Numbered from the stretch's first letter, positions 26,282 to 40,100 are shown. The stretch: 64,000 nt of DNA from Sphyrna mokarran (GCA_024679065.1 JAGIQG010000003.1:33232001-33296000); one strand, 5' to 3'. Program-made: numbers and translations. Notes: generated from the letters alone by a model not told the origin.

Positions 26282-27376
26282 GGGCAATTCTCCCAAAAAT
26301 GCTGAATTGGTGGAAAAACTGTTCTCGATCATGACTGTTTTTTTGTCAGTGCAGCTTCAGACCTGAATCTCCCCATTCTGTGCACTGCAGAGATCACAAT
26401 CAGGAATCTCATTAAAAACCCAGGGATGTGGAACTCTGCGCTGGATTGCTCAATCACCGGCCAGCCAGGAACCTCCTCAGTGTTTCCCCTCTAGCCCCTC
26501 CCTTTCCCCCACCATGGCCCAATCATGGCCCTCACAACAATTCTCGGGCTAGCCTTGACCCCCAGAACCCCCATCCCCGGAGCGCCCCAATGTCCAGCCT
26601 ACCCCCCCCCTCCCCACAACAGTGGTGATCTCTCCACCCCTTCACCCACAGATCCTCCCCCCAATCTCCCAACATCAGATCCCCCCAGGAGGCAGGAACT
26701 CATGGCAGACCATTTCCCTCTCGGCTTCCTGACCTCCCTCCAGTCCAGACCAATCTTCATGCAGAATGGCAGCAGGATCCCTCTCTCAACTCCAACAATT
26801 GTTTGTTGGCCCTGCCCAGAATAGGTCTTGTCCCTTGGCACTGCTTGACCCCTGATGGGCAATGCCACCAGGCACACAATGTATACAGACACATGAACAT
26901 ATGCATGGACATGGGCAGTTTGCCCTTTGGACAGTGCCGGGGGCACAGGCTAGCACTGTCGGAGTGCCAATGCCCAGAGATCGCAGCACCCCCACCACCT
27001 GACCCCCTCTCCCATTGCCCCACCACCACCGGCCCCACTTTCACTCTGGCACGGTCAGCCACTAGTTCCCTAAACATGGGGAGCCACTCTAAACTTTGCT
27101 GGAAAGAAATACTCTAGTGGGGTGGGAGATGCTATTGCGGCTGGCATAGAGTGGATAATTACATTGAAATAACATTTAAATACACTGAAAACACATTCAA
27201 GTTACTTACCTCACATCCGCCGGATTTCTGCATGTTCCCGGTGGCGCCATTTTTTTCCAGTTGGGAGATGCACATGGATTGTAAATACTCATGGGGAACC
27301 CACAAAATGGCTGACACACATATCTCCCAACCCGACCTGCCAGAAAAGTTGCAGGTCACAATGGGAGAATTGGGCC
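26282..27376. mobile_element. Non-autonomous TIR element (Harbinger-like MITE)
   Basis: TIRs GGGCAATTCTCCCA and TGGGAGAATTGGGCC flank a C-rich interior. Superfamily is inferred from the TIR style. Confidence 0.6.
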
Positions 27377-27439
27377 GATAGTTACAATACATTTGGTCCC
27401 TTCTTCCAACTGAAAGATATAGATTATAAAGAATTTAAG

Positions 27440-28310
27440 ACACTAGCACTGACCCCTGCGGTACTGTACTGCTTAGAATTTGGCAACCTGAAAAAGGCTC
27501 ATTTTTCCTACACTCGATGCTTCCTGTTAGTTATCTGATGTTAGTAACCTTTGATTGGCATCTTATCAAATATCTTTTGGAATTCCAAGTGGACCACATC
27601 TATAGGTCTTCCTTTATCTACCTTGCTTGTGGCTTCCACAAAAGACTCTAAAAAGTTAGTTAAAAATGAATTCTCTTCCATCGGAACAGGAGTAGGCCAT
27701 TCAGCCCGTCGAGCCTGATCTGCCATGAAGTCATGCCTGATCTGTGGCCTAACACCATATACATGCCTTTGGTCCATGTCCCTTAATATCTTTACTTAAC
27801 AAAAATTCATCACTATGATCATGATCATATGATTTTCCAAGTACCTACTATAATCTACTCAATAATACATGGATATCCTTAGATTCCAGCTTTCTGTCTC
27901 CTTCCTTTCTTGAATAATGATTTTACGTTAGCTTTTGTCCAACCTGCTGAGGCCCTTGCAGATTTTAATGAATTTTGGAAGATTATAACCAACACGTCTA
28001 CAGCCATTTCCTTTGAGACCCTCAGATGCAAGACAACTTGTTCTGGGGATTTGTTAGCTTTTAAAGTTTGGTAGTTTTCCCGGCATCCTTTCCCTGATGA
28101 TGGTGATGGTGATGATGATGGTTATTTTAAGTTTCTCCCTCCTGTTCGCCTCTTGATTTTCCAGTATCCTTGGGAAGTTTTCTAATTATTCTATGGTGAA
28201 GACAGACACAAGTTCAATGCCTCCTACATTTCCATGTTTTTCCTCAGATTCATTTCCCCAGATTCACACTCTTGAGAACTAACATCACTTTTTTGTTGAT
28301 CTTTTCCTGT
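27440..28310 (-). mobile_element. Decayed CR1 RT fragments, with a nested short CR1 tail
   Basis: ORF 27541-27777 has LTNFLESFVEATSKVDKGRPIDVVHLEFQKIFDKMP. Confidence 0.75.
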
Positions 28311-31187
28311 TGCAGAGAAACATTGGGCGAGATTTTGAGTGCGTGTTTACCATCCGCAGGGATGCAGTGTGGGCTTAACTCAAATTAGATTCACACTCTT
28401 CCCCAGCTTGTTCCACAGAACTCTGCTGGCAATGTTAGCAAGATCACATTTTTTTGACTTTGAGCTAAAATCATTGGTGGAGTAATGTGAACACGTTGGA
28501 AAATGACCCAAACCTAATTTAACTGCATCAGTGTATCATTCGCGAGTGCTGACATCGGATATTGAGCCCTCATCTTCTTCAGGCACTGCTGCCCCATCCT
28601 CTTAGACCTTTCAAACAGGAAGAGCTCCCTGTTCACAAAGAGGTGATCGAATGCACTTAGCCAGAACATGACTAAGCCAAAGCTCTTTTCTCTGTTACCA
28701 AACGTACCTGAAAGAATAGTATTGGATCATTTCAGAAGGAAACTGCATTATGATTTAAAGAAAGTTAATGTCCCTGAGGGAAGGAAAGTTGCCATCCTTA
28801 CCTGGTCTGGCTAACATATGACTTCAGATCCACAGCAGTGCGGTCGATTCTTAAGTGCTGTCTGAAATGGCCAATAAAGCCAATCAATTCAAGGGCCAGG
28901 CAATATGCTGATCTGGCCAGCCATGACTCCATCCAATAATGACTTTTTTGAAAAAATCAGCCAAGACAATGCAGAAAACCTGGTGGAAGTTGTAGAAAGA
29001 TGCTGCAGCTGAACTCTTGACAACTTCTAGACATTGATGGACCTTAAGCGCAAAGAAAGCCCATTAGAAGACAGTCCTTCGGGTTCCAAAGTTACAGAGA
29101 GGAGCCGGAGGATTTGGGGATTTCAGGACCAGTAGGGGGCATCAGAACCCACCATAACCAAGAAACAGATTGATAGAGAAAAACAGCCGAACCTGTTGCA
29201 CATGAAATTTTCCACATTCACGCCCTGCTAGAGTGAGGATGGAGAATTTGGTGCTCAGACAAATCGTCATCCACTGCATTGAAATCAAAAAATCCCACTG
29301 GTATGAATGGCCAGAAAATAAAATGAAAATAAAATAAAAGTCGGCATGTCTGCAAAGCCTGAAGAGAATTTGAGACATGGTACTCAAAGTTTCAACTATA
29401 TATTTCACTGTATTTGAAATCAAAATGAAGTAACCACAAAAATGAACCGAAAGTGTTCAATACCAGGAATTATTTGAAGTTTATTTGATGGCTTAAGTGA
29501 GAGTTGTTTTGAACAGTTAATTAGCAATTAATTAAAAGAATTGTGAGTTGCTGCTAGTCCCCTGTTTAGAAGTCTCTGTCCTTCAGCAGTTAGACCATTA
29601 CAAAAATCAAGACAGGATATAACTTTGAGCTGTGAAAAAACAATGAAGAATAGTAGACCAGCACACTTGCTAATAATACAGTTGTGAAATGCTTCCCCTC
29701 CAAGTCCCAGCCCTCCAGGAGACACTTGCCAAGGTCATTACATGCAACGGGGTGTGGAAGTCTACTACTCTTCAGGTAAAGTGGGCAGGAAGATCAGAAC
29801 TCAGAAATTCATCGGTGCAAATCGCGCTTTCTAAGTCTCTCCGGACTTTGAGCACATGTCACCATTCCCAAGAAGGAGAATGTGGACTCAAAATCATCCC
29901 CATTGTCTGGGATATTCCAGTCCCAACAGTGGAGGTTTAATGATGGGCGTTGGTGAGGGCAGTTTTGTGGAGGAAAATGATAAATCGCTTTACCACTGGC
30001 ATTAAAGACAGTGCTACCATGTATCATGGAGGGTCGCCAATCCTGCCAGAGGTTACATGAAGCCAGTTTCAGATGTAAGGGAGGAATCCTAATAGGTTAG
30101 TAAGATTTTTAAACCATTAGACGCTAAAGCACTGATAGAATTACCAGCATTAAGCTAAATAAGTTTTAAAACAGGCTTATGAGCTAACAAGAAAGCAATT
30201 TACACAGACATGGGATGTAGTGCGAGATTTAAACAAGTGAATATGATCGTAAAACACATATGCTGATATTATGAATGTATTAATGCATTTTTTAAGGTAT
30301 ATTGTTCACTTTAGCCAAGGCAATTTGCCACAAAGCAACATTGTAAAGGACACTAGGAGAAAGCCATATTCTAAGAGAATGTTAAGGCCTTGAGAATACG
30401 CAAGATTTATCAGTAGAGTTTCGGATGGTGAGAACATTTTAGAATATTTAATCATATTTCATGAATAGGGTTTATTCATTGACCTGATAAAATAGATGCA
30501 CACCTAGACAGGCATCATGTGTTAATCTGGTTTGGCAGTGACCAATCGTGGAACTGATGGGAACGTTCATTTGAACTTTGGGCTAGCATCTGAGGTTACT
30601 AGGCGACATGGGAAGTGGGGTCAATCAAGACCAGGAGTTAGCTTCCGGATTCTATGGATGAGTAAAATGCCATTATGCCAGAAGGTAAAATGCAATTGCC
30701 TAATATGTTGTTGTTGATTTGGAAATATTGAAGATGAATGATTTAAAGCTAATGAAAGGCAGGAGTAATTGTAAGAAAACTTATAATTGATCTGTTTTGA
30801 ATTATGTACATCGAATTTCATTGGCAAGGTCTATCTCAGAGCTGTCCTGATCTTTTTTTTAGTTTCTCTTAATGGCTGCTGGTCTAAATAAAAGTTATGT
30901 CTTTGAACTGAGACATTGGCTTGAAGAGTATTGTATTGTCTGAAAATTTGGTATACCAGCCACTTGGAAACCTCACCAACAAACCCCAACTGGAATTGTC
31001 CCCCCATTCAATTATCTTTGCAGGTTATCACATCAATGTGGATCACATCCAGATCAACATGGTGTGGAATGTTGGAAATCACCTGGAAAAAAGTTTAGAG
31101 CAGCTTGTGGAGATCTGTAGATGGAGGCTTCCAGCGACTGTGACCCTGGAACATCACATACCACAGTAGGTGATAGAGAATCAACAA

Positions 31188-31314
31188 GTGGATCTTCTCA
31201 CTGTAGGAATTCCCGGATCTGGATCTTCTCACTGGAGCAGTTTCCAGGATATGGATATTCACACTGTAGGAATTTTCAAGATGTGAATCTTCACACTACA
31301 GGAGATTCCTGAAA
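31188..31314. repeat. Degenerate minisatellite, 4 x about 32 bp
   Basis: Head-to-tail units with approximate consensus NTGGATCTTCWCACTGTAGGAATTYCNGGAT. Confidence 0.8.
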
Positions 31315-31349
31315 GTTGATCATCTGATGGTTGGTTGCATTCAGTTGCA

Positions 31350-33075
31350 GATGAGGTGTGGGCAAGGTTGTTGGGCATAGAAGATGTGCATATGTGAATG
31401 GATATGGAGGAGAAAGGTTGATAGATGTTCAGAAGGAGAGATTTGTAGTGTCAACTGATGAGTCCTGGGGATGCACACATCAACATTCTCCAATTCCTCC
31501 ACAAGACAGTCGACAGTCATCCTCACCATTGGAAATGAGACAGAAACCTTTGAGGTCAGCACTAAAATTAAGTAAGGATGTGTCATCATCCCATCCTTTT
31601 CTCCATTTTCATTGCTACATTTTTCATCATGGATGGAAAACTTTTCAACCTCGACTGGTTAAAATCCAAAAAGAAAATGATACTGATATATCTGGAACTT
31701 TATTATGCGGATGACATTGCCATCTCTGCTTTCTCAGAAGAAACTCTCCAGATCATGCTTGATTCCTCTGTGGAAGCATACCAAAGAATCAATCTCAGCC
31801 TCAACCTCAAGAAGATTCAAGTCCTTTGCCAACCTGCACCAGGGCAAGATCCAGTTTCTCCATCCATCAAGATCAACGGAAAAACTTTACCAAATGTGGA
31901 ACATTTCCCCTATCTGGGAGCCACCTCTCCTCAAAGGCTGACATTGATGCGGAGACCCAACATCTCAACCAATTTGTAAGCACCACCTTCAGATGCCTAA
32001 AGACAAATGATATTCATGCTGACACCAAGATTCTCATGTACAAGGCAGTCATCCTCCCAACTTTTACATATGGTTCAGAAACTCAGACTACATACAGACA
32101 TCTCCTCAGAGCCCGGGAGAAGGACCACCAATGCATGCTGAGAGTCCTCCAGATCAACTGAGAGGACAAGTATGTTAACATTTGCATCCCTGAAAGAAGC
32201 AACAGCATCACCATCGAGGCCATAATCATTCAAAACCAACTCCTCTGGGCAAGTCATATGGTTGGGATGCCAGAATCTTGACTGCCAAAGCAAAACTTGA
32301 TGTACAGATGCCGGTGTTGGATTGGGGTGGTAAGAACTCAGTAAGAATTTAGCAACACCAATTTATAATCCAACCGATTTATTTGATAGTAAAAAAGCGA
32401 GCTTTCGACTCTTGTGTCTTCCTCAGGCAAATGCAGTGTTCTGGTCTTCAATAGCACACATCAGCACAGACAGTCAGAGATTGCTGATTAGAATGCGAAT
32501 CCTTACATCTAACCTGCTATTCAAGTGTTAAAGTGGCTAACAATGTGTGTGAAGGGAATCCTGAGCATTGTTAGAGAATTGTGTATTTTCTCCAGACAGC
32601 ACAGTAAGTGAGGTTTTTTGCTAACCCAGGCAAGTTACGGGGGTTACAGATAGTGTGTCATGAAGCCAAGATCCCTGTTAAGACCGTCCTCATGTGTGCG
32701 GAGCTTGGCTATCAGTCTCTGCTCAGCGACTCTGCGCTGTCGTGTATCACGAAAGCCCCCTTGAAGAACATTTACCCGCAGGTCGGAGGCCGAATGCCCA
32801 TGACTGCTGAAGTGTTCGCCCACAGGAAGGGAACTGTTTTGCCTGGTGATTGCTGAGCGATGCTCATTCATCCGCTGTCGTAGTGTCTGCATGGTCTCCC
32901 CAATATACGATGCTTCGGGACATCCTTTCTTGCAACGTATTAGGTAGACAACGTTGGCAAAGCAAAACTTTGCCAGCTCAAGAAGGCTCCCAAACTAAAG
33001 GACAAAAGAAATGCTTCAAAGATACCCTCAAGAAATGCAACATATATGTCAATGCCTGGAAGGCCCTTTGATTGG
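31350..33075 (+). mobile_element. RTE-clade LINE remnant interrupted by a Penelope insertion
   Basis: ELYYADD RT motif, NVEHFPYLG, YKAVILPTFTYGSET and GQKKCFKDTLK in frameshifted ORFs 31578-32161 and 32850-33071. Confidence 0.85.
32299..32957 (-). mobile_element. 5'-truncated Penelope-like element (GIY-YIG C-terminus plus pLTR) with 13-bp TSD
   Basis: YIGET-MQTLRQRMNEHR...VGEHFS...GLNRDLG motifs. CAAAGCAAAACTT is duplicated at 32286-32298 and 32958-32970. Confidence 0.9.
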
Positions 33076-33309
33076 AGGAATCAAAACAGAAAAATGCTGA
33101 AAAATCCCAATGAGTCTGACAGCATCTGTGGAGAGAAAGAAGAGCCAACATTTTGAGTTTAGATGATCCTTAATCAGATCTCTGATGAAGTGATGAAAAT
33201 GGTGCATAGACCTAACAACAATAGACTGCAGATTCATTAAAGTGCAAAAATGTAATAACATTAACAATTATAGTGCACCTGCCGAACCACACATAAAATT
33301 TTAACATCT

Positions 33310-35240
33310 CAATATTTTGTGCCCTACCATCTCTTCGAGCTGCTCCCCTGACATCCACAGTGGAATCTGCTTGCTGACCAGTTTGCCTTGTTGTCTTGGA
33401 TGATCTTGGCTATAGTTATCCTGAGAGTGTGGCGTAATATAGCTGCTCTCTTTGTGGTCACAGAGGATGAAACTGAAGGAATCACAGGCAAAGGGTATTC
33501 CAGAGGGCCAGACTTCATGAGAGAGTCCTGTGTGGAGATGCCAGTGGTTTTCAACAGCTGCTCTTCCTCATCTCCGGTGCCTGATGGCCCCTGCCTGGCT
33601 TCTTGAGGAGAGGGGAACCCGGAGGGAGGTCAGATGTCCTGTCCTCCTTTTGCGTAGCCACAACGAGATCTCCCCCCATAGAAGCACTTCTCAGAAAGCA
33701 CGTAGATGGCCTCCATCTCATGATCCACTCTATTGAGGGCCTCTGCCATCTCTGCCTAATGTTCCTCTGCCTCTTGCAACATCTCCAGCATCTTGTGCAA
33801 TGTCAATCCCAGAGGCTTGTCATCTTATTGGACGCTCTGGGTGCCTCTTCCCCAGTAATTCTGAGTGCGGGTGAGCTTGGCTGAGCCTGCCTCCTCCTGC
33901 TGCTGATAGGTGCCTGAGCGGTGACCACCACAATGTGAGACCCAGGCTGAACCGTATCTTGCACCAACCAAGGTATGTATCTCTGTGCTGGTGGATGGTA
34001 CAGAAGACCACTGTGATGCTCCACGGGGACCCATTCTTCATCTTTCCCAATATCCTTTATTCTTTGTGGGCCGGTGTGACTGCTGGGCAGGGCTTCTTCT
34101 GACTTTGCCCTCTTGCTGCTGTAAGTGAGAGAGAAGAAAGTAAATGACTGTATGAGCTGCCTCCAACATGACAGAACGCAGGTTTCTATGTGACTACATT
34201 ACACATGGATGCTTTCTCGATTGGGGGGGGGGGCTACCAGCTGACCTCTCTATCTGCATGAGCTTAGCCCAATTCCTCCCTCACTGGGCTGCTCACCCCT
34301 CAAACTTTGTAAGGTTCCTCAGTTCAGCTGACTCCCCCCCTGTCTTCTTTCTCTCTCTCTCTCTCTCTCCTGCTGTGTTTTTTCCTGAGCAAAGAGAGAA
34401 GCTGGTGTTGAAAACAATTGGGTTTCAGCTCTCTATCTCATTTTTGCACTCTTTCAAACAATCACTGGATTGTATGCCGTGTGACTGATACACTGCAGCT
34501 TGCTCACAAGGGTTCTGGGGCAGCATCCTCCAGAGCATGCAGAAAGAAGGATAATGCTCACAGAAGCAGGTCATTAATTGTGCTGGCAGGTGCCTTCAAT
34601 GCCTAACTCTTTCCCCATCCCCCATTCTCAGCAGCATCTGAACTCTGTGTGTGGAAGAGTCAAGGATCTGCAATGTCCTCTCCAGCTCTTTTATGCATAG
34701 GATGCACTGATGATGACCTGCAGCTCATGTTCCATGTACCATTCAGTGAGATTTTGTGGGCAGTGGAAGGATTATTTACCCTGACAGCTTGGATAAGATT
34801 ATTCTTGTGTGTTTGGCACTGCGGGGCAGTTTTCTGGTGGAGGTGTTGGGCGCTGTCCACCTTGGCGACTACCTCTTGTGCTGGATTGGCCACGTGCCTT
34901 GGTCTCATCCTTCCAGTCTTAGAGTACAAGACACTCCTCCTGGCCTCCACTGCATTGAGCCTAGGGAAGTGGTGGTAGGCTGGAGCTCCCTGGAGTCGCA
35001 GGGTCTTCTCCTCCTTCCATGGTAGGTTTGTGACAAAGAAGTTGATGTCCAGGGCCTTTCAAATATGGCAACCATGTATGATAGCAGGATGTGCATCAGC
35101 CAGCTTGCCTGACTACACAATACATCATGTGCCCTGCATCGTGAGATTCAGCACAAATTCCCACTGGGCCCCAAGGCAGGAATCACTCCCAGTTCCACCC
35201 CAGCCATGAGATTCAGGCCCAGAATGGAAAATCCTGGCCA
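33310..35240 (-). mobile_element. PIF/Harbinger-type transposon remnant carrying a decayed Myb/SANT-like gene
   Basis: ORF 34660-34950 (EARRSVLY..GR...VVAKVDS...TAPQCQTHKNNL) fits the Myb/SANT trihelix pattern. TIR-like ggaaaatcctggcc near 35225-35238. Frames are disrupted. Confidence 0.65.
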
Positions 35241-36214
35241 TTATCTGTTCATTACAGCACACCTTTATGTTCAATCTTTGCATCTACCTTAACTCAGGAT
35301 CAGCGTGGGAGGGACATAATTGCATGTGTGAGCACAGACAGTAAGTGCCTTTACCTATCCTAATAATAACTGGATCAAAATCAGAAGCAGCCAATGTATT
35401 CTTTTCTCATTTTCTCTGTTTCTTAGTACAGAAACATTGATATCAGCTACAGTTCCTAAATCCAGCCACAGCCCAGGTGAGCTCACTCAACACAGGCCAG
35501 GGATCAAACTTATCTGAGAATGTTCAGTTAATTTTGTACCAAATTTGCCCCAAGACATTGCAAGTCTATTATTCATTGTTATAAGTCATGTTATCTGCAC
35601 ATTCAGCTCTGCATGATACAAGGCATTTTAACAGAGAGATTGAGGGACAAAGAGTACATGGGCACAGATTGTACATTGCTATTTTCAGTTTAGTGATAAA
35701 TTAAAGAGTGTATGAAGTTTCTGTTTGGGGCTGTTATCGACAGCTGTGCCTTTGTTATTTGTATAAATATTGGCCTTAATCCAAATCCAAACTAAATACG
35801 TTTGTCATTCATCGTTATCAACCTCCTAATAAAAGTCAAAATGTTTACTAAATCTTCATGAGTATTATTTCTTCACAAATTGGAAGATTACCTTGTGGTT
35901 TACCATTTCAACCAGCATAGGGTGGACATGGGAATGCTAATGAAGAAGGCTTCAAAATCAACACTCGTTTGTGATCTTAGAAATACACAAGAATGAGACT
36001 TCTAGCTCCTGCTTTGCATGCAACTATGTTTCTAGTTGGCAGGGTGGAACAGGACTTTCTTGTTGTGGATTCATTTCAATACAGCTCCCTGCCTCTTCTT
36101 GATGTTGGTACTTACTTCGAAAACATAACTTTTTGGGTCATTATCTCCACCCTTGCAATTCTGAATGTTCCTTCTTTTCCATTCTCAGTGCATCCTCCAC
36201 CATTACTACTTCAT

Positions 36215-36540
36215 CTTAGAATCCCTACAGTGCAGAAAAGGGCCATTTGGCCTATCGAATCCACACTAACAGTCAGAAAGTGCATTCCACCCAGGTCCTA
36301 TCCCCACAACCTCATGTATTTAGCCTGCTAATCCCTGAACTTGTACATCTTAGCACAATAAGACAATTTAGTATGACACCTATCCTGCAAATTTTTGGAT
36401 TGTGGAAGGAAATGGAGCGCATGAAGGAAGCCCGCACAGACATGGGGAGAACATGCAGATCCATACAGTCATCCAAGGTCAGAAGCTTGGGTCCCTGGCA
36501 CAGTGAGGCATGAATGCTAACCACTGTGCCACCATGCCAC
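36215..36540 (-). mobile_element. HE1-like SINE
   Basis: tagaatccctacagtgcag tail, V-domain-like core and antisense tRNA head. Confidence 0.85.
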
Positions 36541-36889
36541 TCTTTACTCCAATCAAAGTTGGTTTCAACAATTGGAGAGCTTCAATGTTAAATGTTTCAC
36601 TTTCTGAAACCCAAGAAGTTAAGCACTGAACTCAAAAGTTGACATTCTACATGTTTAAATCTGATGCCACATGCCAGACCTACTTGACACTGGCTGTTGC
36701 TTTAAACTGGGTGAAAAAAACAGCCTACAAGAAGATTGATTCCGCTTGGCACTTGCCAACCTGAAGTCCCTGCAGAGGAAGTCTGTGCACTTCATATCCA
36801 GTAAACAAAACTTTAATTGTATGATTTCTCAATAGTTTGATTTGGAGCATGTTGATGTATTTCTATAGACATGAAGCTGAAGAGAAAAT

Positions 36890-37190
36890 GAATCATAGAA
36901 TTCTACAGTGCGGAAGGAGGCCATTCAGCCCATCAAGTCTGCACCAACCACAACCCACTCAGGCCCTATCCCTAAAACCCCATGCATTTACCTTACCAAG
37001 TCTCCCTAATGCTCAGGGGCAATTTAGCATGGCCAATCCACCTAATCCGTACATCTTTGGAATCTGGGAGGAAACCGGAGCACTTGGAGGAAACCCACAC
37101 AGACATGGGGAGAATGTGCAAACTCCACACAGTCACCAAAGCCAGGAGCTGAACCCAGATCCCTGGCGCTGTGAGGCAGCAATACTAACT
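36890..37190 (-). mobile_element. HE1-like SINE
   Basis: Same architecture as the neighbouring copy (catagaattctacagtgc...ccctggcgctgtgaggcagc). Confidence 0.85.
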
Positions 37191-40100
37191 CTCATCATAA
37201 TTTGTATTGCCTTCTTTGCAAACAATACTCTCAGACCTATTTAATTCTCCATTAATTAAAATGTTTGTTTTTATTACCACTTATGCTTGTTATTCCACAG
37301 TTTACAGATTTCAGTGCCAACACAATCAGCATGATGTGGTGACTGTCCCTTACTTTGCCGTGTTGCAGGGACAATCACCACATCATCTTACACGATTTTT
37401 TTCGGAAAGTACTACCTATAGGTTAACTTGGAGTGTTTGCTGAACAAATTGATGTGACTTCTACCACTCAATCCCAGTGTCTAAAAAATAAAACAGTCTG
37501 TACCTTGGCACTTAGCTAAAGGCAATAATGATTTTCAAAATAGACCCATTATTTGAAAAGGCAATCACTTAAGAATTTAGGAGGAAATTAGTTGGTAATG
37601 TATTATGATATGCTGCAATTCTACTTTAATGTTGAATGTTAACAATGAATTTGCCTTTCATTGAGAAAGAAATATATCACAAAAATTAGGAAACTCCAGT
37701 GGTTAATTTGTTTTCCAGTGCCTCAAAAAAATTATAGCTTGTGTACGCAACATACAGCACATAGAACATTCATGACCCAGCTTCCATTGACTAAAAACTC
37801 ACGCCATTGAGTAAAAGAAAAAAGAATCAATAACCAAGTTTTCATTAAGTTTATCTTGTGCGGGATTACAAACCCACTGTTGGTTGTTTTGTCATTTTTT
37901 CCCCTTCTTTCTTGCCCAAAAGTGCTGACTTATGCTGGTCAGTAATTTCATAAACATTAGGTGCCTGGAGCAAATAGAAACTCTTCATGTGCAAATCCAG
38001 AGAGTGAGCACTGGCAAGTTACTTTGGGTGACATTATAAAACCCAACAACCACATATGTGCAATTTCTACTCAAGCTCAACAGTTTGAGCTTTGGTTGGG
38101 TTCTGAGCTCAGGGCATTGTGTCCTCATCTACACGTTTGTTTATTGTAGTCTTGACTATTCTAGCCCTTTCTTGGCCAGCCTCTGTAAGCCCTATTTTCC
38201 AACCTCTGTAAACTGTGGTATGCAAAATCCAACCCACAAACTGCACGTACCCTGACCAAGTTCATCATCTCCATTGATGTCTGCTCCAGCAACACCTTAA
38301 TTTTAACATTCCAACCTCTTGTGTTCAAATCTCTCTGTCTCTGTGTAGAATATCATTTACAGATTCAGGATTAAATATGCATCTGCCTCTAGGGGGGTAT
38401 TTGTACATGCAGGTCACTCCATTCAATGGGCTTAAAGATGAGACCAGTCTGACTACTTCAGTGTACACACAGTAACCAAGCTTTGCTATCTATTGCAGCC
38501 TGACTGACAGATCAGTCCACCTGGGATAGTTGTCAATGTCACGGTGACCTTATTTTTTACGCCACAGGACCCTGCTAGTGCAGGGATATCTGGCTTATAT
38601 GTCAATTTACTCTTGCATTCAACAACTGAAAGTCATTATTATCTGGGAAATAGTTGCAGGGGAACAAGGAGACACCTGACGAAGGGGCAAACCCCAAACG
38701 TTTGTGGGTTGGACTTTAACCTGGTGTTGTGAAACTTCTTACTAGGCTTCTTGAGCCCAGGAAAAATATGTAGGCACCGGAATTCTACAATGACAACACC
38801 AATACATAAATAGACAGAAAGAGAGTGGTTAAAAAAAGGATGCAGAATGGACTGAAGGGCCTGTTTTCATGCTGTAGACCTCTCTAACCTCTATAAAGGA
38901 TGTCTGCTTGATTGCTGTGTTACTGTCGGTAATTACCTAGCAAACAATGTCACCCTGTGTGTTAATGACCAATATCTCGGAGATGTCCACATTATAGCAA
39001 CACTAATAACTTGTGCAATTTTGAGGAAAGACATACTAAATTAGTTGATCTTTTTAAAAGTTTCTTATATTTCATGGCCTTTCCCATAATAATCCATGCC
39101 TTGAACAAATGGGTAGTAATGGTAAAGAGCTGTTTCCCTTATAATGTGGCCATAATTTCTCTGTGTGTATTGCAAATGGACAAGATTCATTTCTGTGTTG
39201 CAAATTCAAAAATTAATTCCCTGTTTAATTTTTCAGGAAAAAATAAAAAAAACTCCAACGTCTCCAAGAAATTCTCTTTAAAAATTTGTTTTTGCAAAGG
39301 CCTCAGTGGAGATGTCCACCATGTCCACATGCAGCACCCAATTCCTCCCGTGTAACAATGTAATTCCTCAGTCACTATCATGGATGTTATAGTGGATATG
39401 TTAGCCTACACTACCACATATAAATATTCTCTGAGGGACATTAGTAAGTAAGTTATGGGCCGGATTGAAAGCATCACACCACAATGGGAATCAAGGTGCC
39501 CAAGCTCATTTAATGGAAAGGCCCCATGTCAGACTCCTGATGCCAGCAAATCCTCCAGCGAGTAAGTCAGTGGGCAGGAATGGCTGATGTGGGATTCCCA
39601 ACTGCAGCAAAAGGATGTTATTTAGGCTCATTAATGAGTCAATTGATACAAATTATCCATGATTATCCACAATTAGTGACAGTTCCAAGTTTAAATAGTA
39701 GGTCTATGGCTTATCCTTGCCTTCGGAAGTGCAAGTCCTAGGAAGAATATGCTTTGTCTGTATAGCGCACAAGAAATAATACTTTTCAGTGCATACTAAT
39801 ATATGTGACAATAATAAATCAAATCAAATCGAATCTGCTTTAAAGTAATAATGTTCTGCAGCTGCATAATTTTTTAGAAGCAATCATTCATACAGAAGTG
39901 CAACTCCTGTCAGGTGGTTTAGCAGTGTGGCTACTGAAAGCCATCCTCTGCAGTTGATTCCAATTTCCTGGTCCCATCTGAAGTGACCCCATTCCACGAT
40001 CCCCATCCTGCCTTCACTCACTATTGGTTTGGGATCCCACCATGATGCTGCAGGCACTGGGGGCATGAAGAGATGCCAGCCAGGATTGCATTCATGCAGT

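Noticed and set aside
26428-27392. Cluster of Pro/Gly-rich ORFs and a second GC-rich patch
   Set aside because: Lies inside a TIR-bounded element and is relatively CpG-depleted, so it is neither a gene nor a promoter island.
30005-30955. Possible solo LTR (AATAAA near 30887)
   Set aside because: Termini and TSD could not be defined by eye.
31188-31314. CRISPR-like repeat length (about 32 bp)
   Set aside because: Units are head-to-tail with no spacers, no cas genes are present, and the context is vertebrate.
36480-36540. tRNA-like A/B boxes (also near 11500, 37150, 40910 and 49470)
   Set aside because: These are SINE heads; no cloverleaf can be supported.
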